Shown here: positions 51,530 to 63,251 of the stretch, piece after piece | Position numbering within the stretch: position 1 is the stretch's first letter | Layout of the letters: each line of letters begins with the position of its first letter | DNA from: Octopus sinensis | Taxonomy: Eukaryota | Assembly: GCF_006345805.1 (NCBI RefSeq) | Contig: NC_042997.1 | Coordinates: 24,862,001-24,926,000 of the forward strand | Direction: 5' to 3' | Length of the DNA stretch: 64,000 bases | Position numbers and translations under genes: made by a program | The notes under the pieces: model-generated | Told to the model about the DNA's origin: nothing | Seen by the model: the letters and a program-made list of their open reading frames with translations, nothing else | The model's database searches: none

Positions 51530-51530
<1 letters not shown>
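51290..51530 (+). mobile_element. Probable Helitron/Helentron-type non-autonomous repeat
   Basis: Contains ATATCAAATTTGAGCTCAATCAGATG...GAGATCCTAG...ACAGACAC, a pattern common in such invertebrate repeats. A loosely similar motif occurs at 23700-23830. Confidence 0.3.
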
Positions 51531-51573
<43 letters not shown>

Positions 51574-51870
51574 TATATATATAATATATATATATATATA
51601 TACATATATACATATACATATACACACACAAGCATATATATATACGGATGGGTAGATAAATAGACAGACAGACATATATTATATATTATATATATATTAT
51701 ATATAACACATATACATACCACACACACAAGCATATATATATATATATGGATGGTAGATAAATAGACAGACAGACATATATATATAATATATTATATATA
51801 TATATATAATATATAGATAGAGAGGAGAGAGAGAGAGAGAGAGATAGATAGATAGATAGATAGATAGATA

Positions 51871-54800
51871 TGTTTCTTTATTAGCCACACAGGCTGCACA
51901 CAGATAGAACAAATTACAAGGTAGAGCTTTCTTTTGAAGGTTTAAAAAAAAAAAAAAAAAAAAAAGGAAGGGAGTTTCGATCAAAAGGGATCGTAAAAGG
52001 AGAGAAAGAGGACAAAAAAAAAAAAGGGGGGGGGGGTTAAAAAAAAAAAAAAAAGGGGGAGAGGAAAAAAATGATCAATAGGGATCGTTATCACAGAAAT
52101 GTCAATATGAAGTGTAAAGGGGAGGACAGGTGAGGTTACCCGTGGAAAGAAAAGCCTACGGAAAAGACCACGGTAAACTCGGTCAATGATCAATGAAGTC
52201 ACATTTTATATTCTTTTTTTTTTTTTTTTTTTTTTTCGCAAATAAGCAACTCTCTGTTTTCGATTTCTGGGTTCATAGGACTATGCTCAAGGTGGCTTCG
52301 TCATTCATACGTGCCATTCTTGCTACATTCACCCATCTTTTTTTAAAACATTCGCTAGACAAAACTTGCCTCTCTACTCTCAATTTCCTTTTCAAGTGGT
52401 ACTTGAGAAGTTGATGAGAGATTGACCAGAGAGGAAGTGTTTGTCTCCAACCCTTTCAGGACGCGTCCACCAGATACATTCTTTCGCCATAGCCACAAGG
52501 ATGATGAAAATAGCTCTTCCTTCCCGTTGAAGGAAGGAGGCGTGACAATATTGACGATAGACTCAGCTGATAAACCGACTCGTCCCACACGTGACAGCAG
52601 TTGTTCGACATAAGCCCACAGGTCGGAAATTGTTGGACACTGAACGAGTGCGTGCAGAACGGTTTCGTCGCTCTGACCGCATCTCGGGCAGGTCGGCCCC
52701 GTGTTTCTCGAGCCGTGTCTGTAGAGCTTATCCCGAACTGGTAGCGCTTCTCGGTAGCACTGCCAGGCCAGGGATCTCTGGAAGTTGTCCATGGGCCCTG
52801 GCCCGAAAGTCGTCCCGAACAGCGGGTCAGGTACTCCTCGTCGACGTCCAGGTTCGCCCCGAGCTCGTCGTCGTACCTCCCCTCCACTAAACCCCTATAG
52901 AATGCCTTTGGTTGTGTTGAAGTCATTAAGAGTCGACCCAGGACGGCAGAGTTGCTTGAGAGCAACGCGACACTCGCGGTGCCATTCGCCCTTCATCGGC
53001 CTCTTTTTGATCCACGACTGCAGTTCGGTCATGGAGACGAGCTGCGGGAAAGCGTGCCTCACAAACGGCGACCACACGTTCACCGTCGTCTACATAGAGC
53101 CAGAGATGTCGCAGTCTCAGCGCGTGTCTGCGCATCATCAACCACGGCATGCCAGCCCTCCTTTTAACGGGTGCTGACAGCAAATGGATCGCCTGACCAT
53201 CGGGACGCATCCTTTCCACAAGAAGCGAAAGAGATGCGTTGTAGTTTGGTGATGGTAGGGTCGGGACAGGGTACGACGGTCAGGCGGTAGTAGATGACGG
53301 ACGCGATGTACGTGTTCGCCACCTCCGCTCGACCTTTAGGGACAGTTTTCCTCTCGGCCCATTGCGGGCGAGAGTGACCACCCTACTCGTTATCTCGTTC
53401 CAGTTCTTCTCCACTTGGAGGTCCGGACCGAACCAGACCCCGAGCAACTCAACCGGGCCGTCGGTCCAGCGTCCACGACGGAGGCGCTGGTGGACGGCAT
53501 GGGCTTGCTTCTCCAGGTGCCTAGTCGCAAGCCCACTGACTTTTCCCGGTTGATTTCGCTCCTGTCACCGCTTCGTAGTTTTTCAGTGTCTCGCCGACCA
53601 GCTCGATGTGCTCGTGGCTAGACACTATGACGGTGACGTCGTCCGCGTATGCAGACACGCTCGTCCCGCATCCCATTCTCGCGGGATGCCCCTTAGAGTC
53701 GCCAGCTTCCGCAGTAGTGGCTCAAGAGTCAATACGTATAGAAGCGCCGAGAGGGGGCATCCCTGACGGACCGAACGTGCGCAATGTCGAAAGGTCTCGA
53801 TAGATGTCCATTTACGCAGAATTACCGAACGGATCCTCCTGTACAAGGCAGCTATCCAGCCGCGGAAGACGGGACCGAAACCAGCCGCTCTCAGGACTGC
53901 CTCCAAGTATCGATGGTCTACCCTATCAAAGGCTTTCGATTGATCCAAGTTGATCAGGGCCCCACCCATGCCAGGTTCGTTAACTACCCTGTCTATGATG
54001 TAGCGCATCAGATGGAGGTTGTCATGGATGGTCCGGCCTGGCACGGCGCATGTTTGCGCCTTGTCGACCAGTTTCTCGATGACAAGCACCAACCTCTTGG
54101 CTAGCACCTGGCCAAAATTTTCATGTCTGGCATTAAGCAGAGTGATGGGCCTAAAGTTATCTATTACATTTCCCCCTTGTTTAGATCTTTCTTCAGCAGT
54201 GTTACGGCTCCTCGCTCACAAAACCAGGAATGCTCCCGTTTTGCTGCCAGTTGCAGTACACCGCCGCCAAGAGATCTCCAAACAGTCTGGCATACAATTG
54301 TAAAGCTCGTAGGGTAGACCATCCAAACCCGGTGATTTGTCCCTCGAGCATTCTGCCATCGCGTTCCCGCACTTCCGCCGCCGTGATGGCACCTTCGCAC
54401 ACCCTGCCTTTCTTGTCGAGAGTCGTGTTATGGCTATGTAGGTAGGGCACTGAAGTCCACCCTACGTTCGTGCCCTCCCACTCGTCCGAACAGTCGGGCA
54501 AAATGCTGCTGAAAGGCCTCACACATTTTACTTGGCTCGAGCAATTCGCGCCCCTGTTCATCTACCAGTGACCGAATGGTGGCTTTGTTGCCCTGTTGCG
54601 CCTCTGCCACCCGGCCCTCTCTCACGGCTCCAACACCTTCGTTCCTTAGAGCACGCATCCTAGCTCTGACAGCACATCCTTCGTGTTTGCGTTGAAGTGT
54701 TGGTCGAGGGCAACCTCGCCGCCAAAACGTCGGATGCGATGCCGCTTCTAATTGCCTCTTCTAGCTTCTTAACTAGCTCACCCTCTACTCTATTTCTATC

Positions 54801-55413
54801 TATGGCTATGCTTTGCTGTACCTAATCGCTTCTGCTTTTACTGCTCTCTTGAGGGCAAACCACCATTTGTTGTTTATGATGGTCCGTCAAAGCCCTCTTT
54901 ACTAGTGTGCTAATCCGGTCTCTGAAAACTTGTCTCGATGGAAAGACGCGTTTAGTTTCCAGTATCCGGGACCCTGCCTAAGTGTCTTAACCTAAGTCTA
55001 GCGTACATGTCACAAGTTTGTGATCCGTGTAGCTGACTATGTGGAATTGTGGACATCCTATGCTATCTCTATCTACTGTCCTACACAGTATCCTATCTAG
55101 ATACGATCTCGACGACCCGATTCGGTTGCTCCATGTCCACGTTGGCGCATTCGGGTGGTCTAGTCGGAACCTGTCAGACAGTTGAAAGCGTTTGAGCAGG
55201 TCTCTGAGGCATTTGCATCCCCGTCTATTCTATCTAGCTCTACCCACGTAGTCTACATGCGTGTCCAAGGTAGCATTCCAATCCCCCCACTAAGAGTAAA
55301 GGACGAGACGTTCCCAAGAAAACTTCTAGACGTTGAAAGAAATCCGCCCGACCTGTTAAGGGCGGTGCGTAAACTGATACGAGTCGAAAAGCGCACCCAT
55401 TGCTGCCGTCGAC
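51871..55413 (-). mobile_element. 5'-truncated Tx1/L1-clade LINE inserted in a (GATA)n microsatellite
   Basis: ORF2 domains occur in order, followed by a pyrimidine-rich 3' UTR ending AATAAAGAAACA. (GATA)n lies immediately at both junctions (51843-51870 and 55414-55465). Confidence 0.9.
52273..55412 (-). pseudogene. Tx1-type ORF2 (APE endonuclease, RT, Zn-binding domain), frameshifted
   Basis: APE: RLVSVYAP..FF..L, YLDRIL, TDHK, PGYWKLN. RT: LAKRL..Q.CAVPGRTIHDN, LINLDQSKAFDRVDH, VRQGCPLS.LLY, AYADDVT. C-terminus: CPRCGQSDETVLHALVQC. Confidence 0.9.
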
Positions 55414-55466
<53 letters not shown>

Positions 55467-55515
55467 AAAACAGACTGTTTGACAGACTTCTAGCTAGCTG
55501 ACAGTCTGTCAAGAA

Positions 55516-55581
<66 letters not shown>
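55414..55581. repeat. (GATA)n - short inverted repeat - (TCTA)n fold-back
   Basis: GATA array, then TTGACAGACT...AGTCTGTCAA (55479-55512), then the complementary TCTA array. Confidence 0.8.
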
Positions 55582-55824
55582 AATTGTACGCACATACACA
55601 CGTAATTAATGTATGTTATTTGTGTGTGTTGTATATTAGGCGAGAAGGAATGAGACGTAGGTAGCTAAAATTAGCTTATGTTGCTATTAAGTAATATTTC
55701 AAATTAATTAGAATGCTGCCTGCGGTCGTTCAGCAGTGGTGAATTGTGGGGTGGGGGTTCACAAATGAAGTGTCACTGGCATTAAACGTATTAATAGATT
55801 GTTACAATTTTACCACCAGGAGAA

Positions 55825-56030
55825 GCATTATCATCATCATCATCTTCAACATCCTCCTCCTCCTCAACATCATCATCATCGTCGTCTTTATCATCATCCT
55901 TATCATCATCATTATCACCAACATCATTGTCATCATGATCATCATCATCATCACCATCGTCGGCATGATGACGATAATGATGGTGATGATGACGATCATG
56001 ATGATGACGACCAGAGCAACAATGACTAGA
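55825..56030. repeat. (ATC)n/(GAT)n triplet repeat (similar block at 62455-62650)
   Basis: Directly visible; gives poly-His and poly-Ile pseudo-ORFs. Confidence 0.9.
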
Positions 56031-56495
56031 ATATCATCGTCAGTCAGAACAAATAGTAAAGGACAGCCAAGAAATGGTTCACTATCAGCCAATATGACGA
56101 TGGAGATTGGGACCAATGATGAAAGCCCAGTAAAGCTCGACCTGCGAGATATAGGAGCCAGATACGCGCCATTTGCGAATCATACCGCCTTATTAAAGGA
56201 AAGAGTACATTAATTATGTATTCCCAGACATCTCCTTAAAGTAACTCCTTAAAAAGTAGTTACTTGTAATGACTAGAATATATATATATATATACCTTCC
56301 TGCTTCCATATTTCCACGAGCGCCTATTAATAATAATACTGTAATTGTTCCATTGTTGTTGTTTTTTTGTTTTCCCGTTTGGATTAAAATTATATATATA
56401 TATATATATAAAATCAATTAAGGGTAGAAATTGATATTTATTAATTAAAACCAGTGGTCTAGCATATTAAAAAAGAATCCGAAGATTAAAATATT

Positions 56496-56703
56496 TATAT
56501 ATACCAATTAAGGACTGTACACGAAAAGTGGACAGTCAACATGCTAGATATAGACGTCAAATCGCCATTCTCCACAAAGATTATGCTCTCAAATCAAACT
56601 CAGCACAATCTTACATAATCTTTGTGGAGAATGGCGATTTGACGTCTATATCTAGCATGTTGACTGTCCACTTTTCGTGTTCAGTCCTTAATTGGTATAT
56701 ATA
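56496..56703. repeat. Near-perfect inverted repeat (about 90-bp arms, 28-nt loop)
   Basis: TATACCAATTAAGGACTG(T/A)ACACG...CACAAAGATTATG and its reverse complement, with one mismatch; (TA)n at the right end. Confidence 0.9.
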
Positions 56704-56829
56704 TATATATATATATATATTTGCTCATTGGTGTGCTGAGTCCAGTTTGAATGAGCTAAAGAGCTAGAAATCGCCAACAATAACAATACAGTTTCATCCT
56801 GTACGTGTACTTTCAATGATATATTTCTT

Positions 56830-57020
56830 AAGGCAACGAGCTGGCAGAAACGTTAGCACGCCGGGCGAAATGTTTAGCGGCATTTCGTCTGCCGCTACGT
56901 TCTGAATTCAAATTCCGCCGAGGTCGACTTTAGCTTTCATCTTTTCGGGGTCGATAAATGAAGTATCAGTTGAGTACTGGTGTCACTTTAATCGACTGAC
57001 CCTCCCTCTCCCAAAATTTC
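56830..57020 (+). mobile_element. SINE family B, alternative-tail variant
   Basis: AAGGCAACGAGCTGGCAGAAACGTTAGCACGCCGGGCG head; tail CCCTCCCTCTCCCAAAATTTCG. Confidence 0.8.
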
Positions 57021-57024
57021 GATT

Positions 57025-57260
57025 TGTTTCAAATGCTATGCGCAGAGTTTCGTTCTATACTGATGAAGAATTTGAGAGCTTGGTTGGATGAATTTTTTGA
57101 GTAGAAATCGAGGTGATTTCTACCAACGAGGTATTGAAAACCTTGTTGAACGTTGTGCAAAAGGTGTAAACAACAAGGGTGAATACACTATTGATTAATT
57201 AGTTGTTATTTTTTATTAAACCTTTTGCAGCACGGAATTTTATCAGTGAACAGGTCGCGG
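57025..57260 (+). pseudogene. Mariner transposase C-terminal fragment
   Basis: WLDEFFE...FYQRGIENLVER...VNNKGEY remnant. Confidence 0.65.
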
Positions 57261-57611
57261 TCTCAAAGCGACGAAAACATTTTGGCAAATTAAATTTAAA
57301 TGTTGAAGTGAATCTAACGGTTTTTGTGTGTTTCTTTAAATGGCATTATTTGTAGTGGTTTATAACCTCAATTGTGTGTTTAAAAAAAAACATGTTAAGT
57401 AAGAGGTTTTAGAGCCTCCTTTTTGTAAGAGGTTTGAAACCTCATGTTGATTTTTAAAAAAAAGAAAATATGTTTTCGAGAAAAATCCAATCGGTGGGTG
57501 TTGGGTTTCGTCTCTCATTTATTCATTTCTATTTCATTTTCATTCATTAATATGTTTGTCCAGCCCGCAGCTACTCTGTATACTGCCTTTATCGCAAATA
57601 AAATGAAATAA

Positions 57612-57750
57612 AGTAGCTTGCTTACCAACAACGTGGTTCATGTTCATTCCCACTACGTGGCACCTTGGGCAAGTGTCTTCTATTATAGCCTCGGGCCGAC
57701 CAAAGCCTTGTGAGTGGATTTGGTAGACGGAAACGGAAAGAAACTCGTCG
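57612..57750 (+). mobile_element. SINE family A, 5' part
   Basis: AAGTAGCTTGCTTACCAAC...GCCTTGTGAGTGGATTTGGTAGACGGAAAC. Confidence 0.8.
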
Positions 57751-57774
57751 TTTATTTGTCTATATCTCTGCCGC

Positions 57775-57930
57775 AAGAAGAAGAAGAAAAGAAGAAGAAG
57801 AAGAAGAGCGAAGAAGAAGAAGAAGAAGAAGAAGAAGAAGAAGAAGGAGGAGGAGGAGGAGGAGAAGAAGAAGAAGAAGAAGAAGAAGAAGAAGAAGAAG
57901 AAGAAGAAGAAGAAAAGAAGAAGAAGAAAA
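57775..57930 (+). repeat. (GAA)n/(GGA)n microsatellite
   Basis: Directly visible; explains the poly-E and poly-R ORFs. Confidence 0.95.
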
Positions 57931-58027
57931 TTCTGGAAAACTAAAACGAAAATTATTCCGATGATAATTGGTGTACTTGGCACAGCACCCAAAAAGCTAC
58001 CCATGAGATTTGAAGGATATCGAAGCT

Positions 58028-58530
58028 ATTATTTTTTTAAAACTTTTAATCTGCATGTTTGTTACAATTACTTGCCGAGACACACTTAGTGCCATAGGGC
58101 GAGTGAAGGATAAGAGATATTACAGTATGATTGAAATCTTGGGGAGGGGAAGTGGTAGGGGCAGTAGCGAAATATCCTCATGTAATACAACACATTTAAA
58201 TAGATAGGGTTTTTTTATGAGGAGGATGTGGGCAGTACTAGTCAGCACAATCTTTCGGATATTTCCGTGACATGGTTCTCCCGGGATCTTATCTAGATGT
58301 TTCTGATATCCATTTTTTTAATCATATCTAGGGCACCTACAATAAGAGGAACGGTTCTCACTTTAAGATGCCACATTTTTGTATTTCAATTTCTAGGTCC
58401 TTATATTTACTTAATTCGTCAAATTTCTTTACAGATATATTTTTATCAGATGGAACACTTACACCTATTAATCTACAAGTATTTTTTTCTCCGTCTTCAA
58501 TAATTATGTCTGGTCGATTAGCCTGGATTA
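58028..58530 (-). mobile_element. Dong/R4-like RLE retrotransposon 3' fragment including the PD-(D/E)xK motif region
   Basis: Minus strand: IQANRPDIIIED..TCRLI.VSVPSDKNISVK..LSKYKDLEIEIQK(MW)HLKVRTVPLIVGAL..IKK...KIVLTSTAHIL; (TAA)n at the 5' junction. Confidence 0.8.
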
Positions 58531-58543
58531 TTTATCATCATTA

Positions 58544-58577
<34 letters not shown>

Positions 58578-58610
58578 GTATTAGTATTATTATTATTATT
58601 ATTGTTATTA

Positions 58611-58670
<60 letters not shown>

Positions 58671-58833
58671 GCAGCAGTAGTTGTAGTAGTAGTAGTAGCA
58701 GCAGTAGTAGTAGCAGCAGTAGTAGTAGCAGCAGTAGTAGTAGTAGTAGCAGAAGCAGCAGCAGCAGTAGTAGTAGTAATAGTAGTAGTAGTAGTAGTAA
58801 AAGAGGAGGAGGAGGAGGAGGAGGAGGAGGAAG

Positions 58834-59049
58834 AGGTTATTTTAGTATGGATGGTGTGTTGTGATTTGCTCATAACATTTGTCCTCAAATATTTTTTAGG
58901 ATTCTTGTAGAACATAAGATATTCTGCTGGTCGACAATGCGACTTCCCAATTTCTATATCCTTCTGTTCTCATGGGTCGCATTTGGGGTGTTGTGTGAAG
59001 TGTACCAATTATCATCAGAATAATTTTCGTCTTACTCTTTCAGAATTTC
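58834..59049 (-). mobile_element. Decayed Dong/R4-like C-terminal fragment (duplicate at 59642-59855; relative at 57925-58010 on +)
   Basis: KTKII(L/P)MIIG(T/V)L motif, equivalent to the RLE-terminal PIIVGALG; (GAA)n on the 5' side in all copies. Confidence 0.5.
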
Positions 59050-59056
59050 TTTTTCT

Positions 59057-59088
<32 letters not shown>

Positions 59089-59162
59089 TTCTTCTTCTTG
59101 CTATCATCATCATCATCATCATCATCACCACCATCATTTTAATTATTATTATTATTATTATT

Positions 59163-59430
59163 CAGTAGTTTTATTTTTATAGCGTGCTTTCACTTCACTA
59201 CCGAGCGCAGCTCTGTGTGCCTTGGGTACGTGCTGTGATTTGTTGTGATGCTCTGATGGTTATTGTATGGAAAGTGTTCTGCGTAGGATGTGTGCAGTGC
59301 TAGTAGTTCAATTGTCTGTATGTTATATGTGTTTGTAAGCTGGTTTTTGTTATTATTTGTTTTGATGTATTGTATTTTTTTATCATGCCTAATGCACCTA
59401 CTATGATAGGAATTGTTTCTGTTTTTAGAT
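59163..59430 (-). mobile_element. Dong/R4-like 3' end in (TAA)n; further copies at 59963-60229, 60307-60574 and 61579-61811
   Basis: Minus strand LKTETIPIIVGALGMIKKYSDKYITKTPGLTNTYNIQTIELLGTAHILRRTLSIQ*, then 3' UTR running into (TAA)n. Confidence 0.85.
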
Positions 59431-59434
59431 TATA

Positions 59435-59472
<38 letters not shown>

Positions 59473-60234
59473 GCAGCAGTAGTTGTAGTAGTAGTAGTAG
59501 CAGCAGTAGTAGTAGTAGTAGCAGCAGTAGTAGTAGCAGCAGTAGAGTAGTAGTAGCAGAAGCAGCAGCAGCAGTAGTAGTAGTAATAGTAGTAGTAGTA
59601 GTAGTAAAAGAGGAGGAGGAGGAGGAGAGGAGGAGGGGAAGAGGTTATTTTAGTATGGATGGTGTGTTGTGATTTGCTCATAACATTTGTCCTCAAATAT
59701 TTTTTAGGATTCTTGTAGAACATAAGATATCTGCTGGTCGACAATGCGACTTCCCAATTTCTATATCCTTCTGTTCTCATGGGTCGCATTTGGGGTGTTG
59801 TGTGAAGTGTACCAATTATCATCAGAATAATTTTCGTCTTACTCTTTCAGAATTTTTTTTCTTCTTCTCTCTTCTTCTTCTTCTTCTTCTTCTTCTCTTT
59901 TGCTATCATCATCATCATCATCATCATCACCACCATCATTTTATTATTATATTATTATTATTCAGTAGTTTTATTTTATAGCGTGCTTTCACTTCACTAC
60001 GAGCGCAGCTCTGTGTGCCTTGGGTACGTGTGTATTTGTTTGTGATGCTCTGATGGTTATTGTATGGAAAGTGTTCTGCGTAGGATGTGTGCAGTGCCTA
60101 GTAGTTCAATTGTCTGTATGTTATATGTGTTTGTAAGTAAGGCCTGGTGTTTTGGTTATGTATTTGTCTGAATATTTTTTTATCATGCCTAATGCACCTA
60201 CTATGATAGGATTGTTTCTGTTTGTAGATTATTA

Positions 60235-60293
<59 letters not shown>

Positions 60294-60572
60294 TATTATT
60301 ATTATTCAGTAGTTTTATTTTTTATAGCATGCTTTCACTTCGCTACCGAGCGCAGCCCTGTGTGCCTTGGGTATGTGCTGTGATTTGTTGTGATGCTCTG
60401 ATGGTTATTGTATGGAAAGTGTTCTGCGTAGGATGTGTGCAGTGCCTAGTAGTTCAATTGTCTGTATGTTATATGTGTTTGTAAGTCCTGGTGTTTTTGT
60501 TATGTATTTGTCTGAATATTTTTTTATCATGCCTAATGCACCTACTATGATAGGAATTGTTTCTGTTTTTAG

Positions 60573-60641
<69 letters not shown>

Positions 60642-60992
60642 GCCTTTGCACAGCTTCTAACGCTGGAGATGTACTACGCGGTCAGCTATTCAAAAGTAGT
60701 GAACTAAGGTAACACCTCTTATTTTTCGAGCATCTTCCGGAGTATTTATTTGAGCGGTTCCAAGCAGTGCTGTTTTCTGCAAGTGCTCCACACTTATTGT
60801 AGCCCCTATTCGTTCCATGTACTCCTAGAGATTTTCACTCACCGTTCCCAGAGCTCCGACAATTATTCGTACTACTACCACCCTTTTCATCGACCACAAC
60901 TGCTTAACTTCCCAAGCTAACCTGCCATATCTATCGACTTTCCTTTCTTCCTTATCGTAAACCTTGTTGTCAGCTAGGTATGCTGTTGCTTT
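60642..60992 (-). mobile_element. Distinct Dong/R4-like 3' fragment flanked by (TAA)n on both sides
   Basis: Minus strand DNKVYDKEERKVDRYGRLAWEVKQLWSMKRVVVVRIIVGALGTVSENL*...EHLQKTALLGTAQI. Confidence 0.85.
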
Positions 60993-61014
60993 TATTATTA
61001 TTATTATTATTATT

Positions 61015-61560
61015 GAGTGAGAGAGCAGTGCATGCCATCAAAGTGACACTGGGGTAAAATATACGAAGCCCAATATACCCATCATGACTACCCGTCTGAT
61101 AAGGGTACACCAGGCACATGCATCACAACCATATGTGCGCGACATGGTGATCTCATATCAAGATAAACAGCACATGACCTTGCAGGTGGGACCCCGTTAG
61201 AATTTTCTTCAGGTTGAGTAGCTCAAAAGGTCCCTGAACAAGGGTTGTTTAAGGATGTTAAAAGAACCACCCATGTTTCCGGAGGTGAATTATTCAAACC
61301 CCAAAGAATCCCTCTCAACACATGGCTATGATGCTCCCCCACTACTTTTACTCGTGATCAGAGATGCACATATCGTCAGCCACTAAGGGACATGCTCAAC
61401 TGGTTAAGGTCAAACAACTGACAAGCAAATCTGTGGTATTGAGCAGAATATTTGCTGTAGCCCATATTTTATACCAAGACAAAACAATGTACATAATAAC
61501 ACTTCCAATCAGTTAAGATCAGAAGCCACAAGAGCCACTGCCTGGTACTGCATCAGGGCA
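61015..61560. mobile_element. Non-coding 546-bp insertion inside (TTA)n
   Basis: Complex sequence bounded precisely by TTA repeats on both sides; no ORF. Confidence 0.55.
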
Positions 61561-61825
61561 TTTATTATTATTATTATTCAGTAGTTTTATTTTTATAGCG
61601 TGCTTTCACTTCACTACCGAGCGCAGCTCTGTGTGCCTTGGGTATGTGCTGTGATTTGTTGTGATGCTCTGATGGTTATTGTATGGAAAGTGTTCTGCGT
61701 AGGATGTGTGCAGTGCCTAGTAGTGCAATTTTCTGTATGTTATATGTGTTTGTAAGTCCTGGTGTTTTTGTTATGTATTTGTTTGAATATTTTTTTATCA
61801 TGCCTAATGCCTTATTATTATTGCC

Positions 61826-61869
<44 letters not shown>

Positions 61870-61880
61870 TATTATTATTA

Positions 61881-61942
<62 letters not shown>

Positions 61943-62855
61943 GCGTGGGCGTTTTTATAGTGTCTTATATATTTCTGTTTATCTAAACTGCCGTCATGTT
62001 TTCCGATGTGTCTCTCCCAAAATGTTTTTCAGTAGTTTGTAACTTAAATCCATTTGTAGCTAAAGTCTCTCTATGAGGCTTTCAACATATCTTTTCTCTC
62101 TACCTTGATATTTGTTTAAATTTTGTGAGTGACGAGCTGGAAGTGCTGAGAATACTTCCGACAGCCTCCTACCTTATTTCCTTCCTATCATCCTTGTTTG
62201 TTTGTTAGTTGCTTTCTTTCTTTCTTTTCTTTCCCTTGACCTCCCACACTAAGCAGCTTCAGAAAGGTGATACTTTTCTATATGTTTTATGTTTGTTTTA
62301 TCACTAAAGCAGGATTTGACCACCCAGTGCTATTTATTAGTAAATTAAAGTATTCTTGAGTCTACTACTGTGTGGTGGACATATTCTTACTGTACTGTCA
62401 ACATGTTCCTCCCGCTCCTTCTTCTCTTTCATTGTTTTGTTCTTTTCTCCGTCAAAATCATCATCATCATCATCATCGCCGTCACAATATCATTTTCCGT
62501 ATCAGCATCCATCACCACCACCGCTGCCGCTGACTTCATCATCGTCGTCGTCGTCCTCCTCACTGTCTTCATCATAATCATCGTCATCATCGTCGTTATC
62601 ATCGTCTTCGTCATCATCATCATCATCATCATCATCATCACCATTTTTATCCTCCGCGTTGTTTTGTTTTTATCATAATCATGAACATAACCATAATGAT
62701 AATTAATATAAGCCTCTTCATTACCAGATCTTGTTAAATTTCTTTCAGCCACTTGAAGTTTTTCGAATTCTTACCGGATTATATTAAAAAGAATGTATTT
62801 TTTATTTAGTTTTTCAAACTGATAACGAAAATCACTTCCATTTATCCCATAGAAA

Positions 62856-63251
62856 TCTTTATATATAAAAGTAAGGTTGTGTGTCTGTCTCCTACGATTT
62901 AGATTCCTAACTACTCCCACATTTTGCGGTGCAGTTTAACCAAAACCGGATATCTTATAGTCGTGATTCATGTCGAGCCCTTCTGGGTATTAGCGCGCGT
63001 CTACGATGAGTCTACGATTTAAAAAAAAAATTACCATCATTTTTTCCATTTTAATGCATTTTTTTCGCTATTATATAAGGGAAGTAACTCTCTAAAATGT
63101 CTACGATGAGTCAACGATTTAAAAAAAATTTACTATCATTTTTTTTCCATTTTTAATACATTTTTTTGCTATTTTTTGGCTATAACTCTCTAAAAATGCT
63201 TATATAGTTATTTCCCTTACAAACCCGAGCAACGCCGGGCGATACTGCTAG
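62856..63251 (+). mobile_element. Non-autonomous Helitron
   Basis: 5' A|TC start, 3' hairpin CCCGAGCAACGCCGGG followed by CTAG|T; internal tandem duplication with about 100-bp period. Confidence 0.85.

Larger units (their letters stand above)
58640..60230. repeat. About 800-bp tandem duplication (triplet arrays plus two retroelement fragments)
   Basis: TAGCAGCAGTAGTTGTAG at about 58669 and 59470. All unique blocks recur in the same order. Confidence 0.85.

Noticed and set aside
55746-56213. Poly-His/Ile/Met ORFs, and poly-E/R/N ORFs at 57.5-59.8 kb and 62.3-62.8 kb
   Set aside because: Triplet repeats that are open in several frames on both strands, with no domain or splice support.
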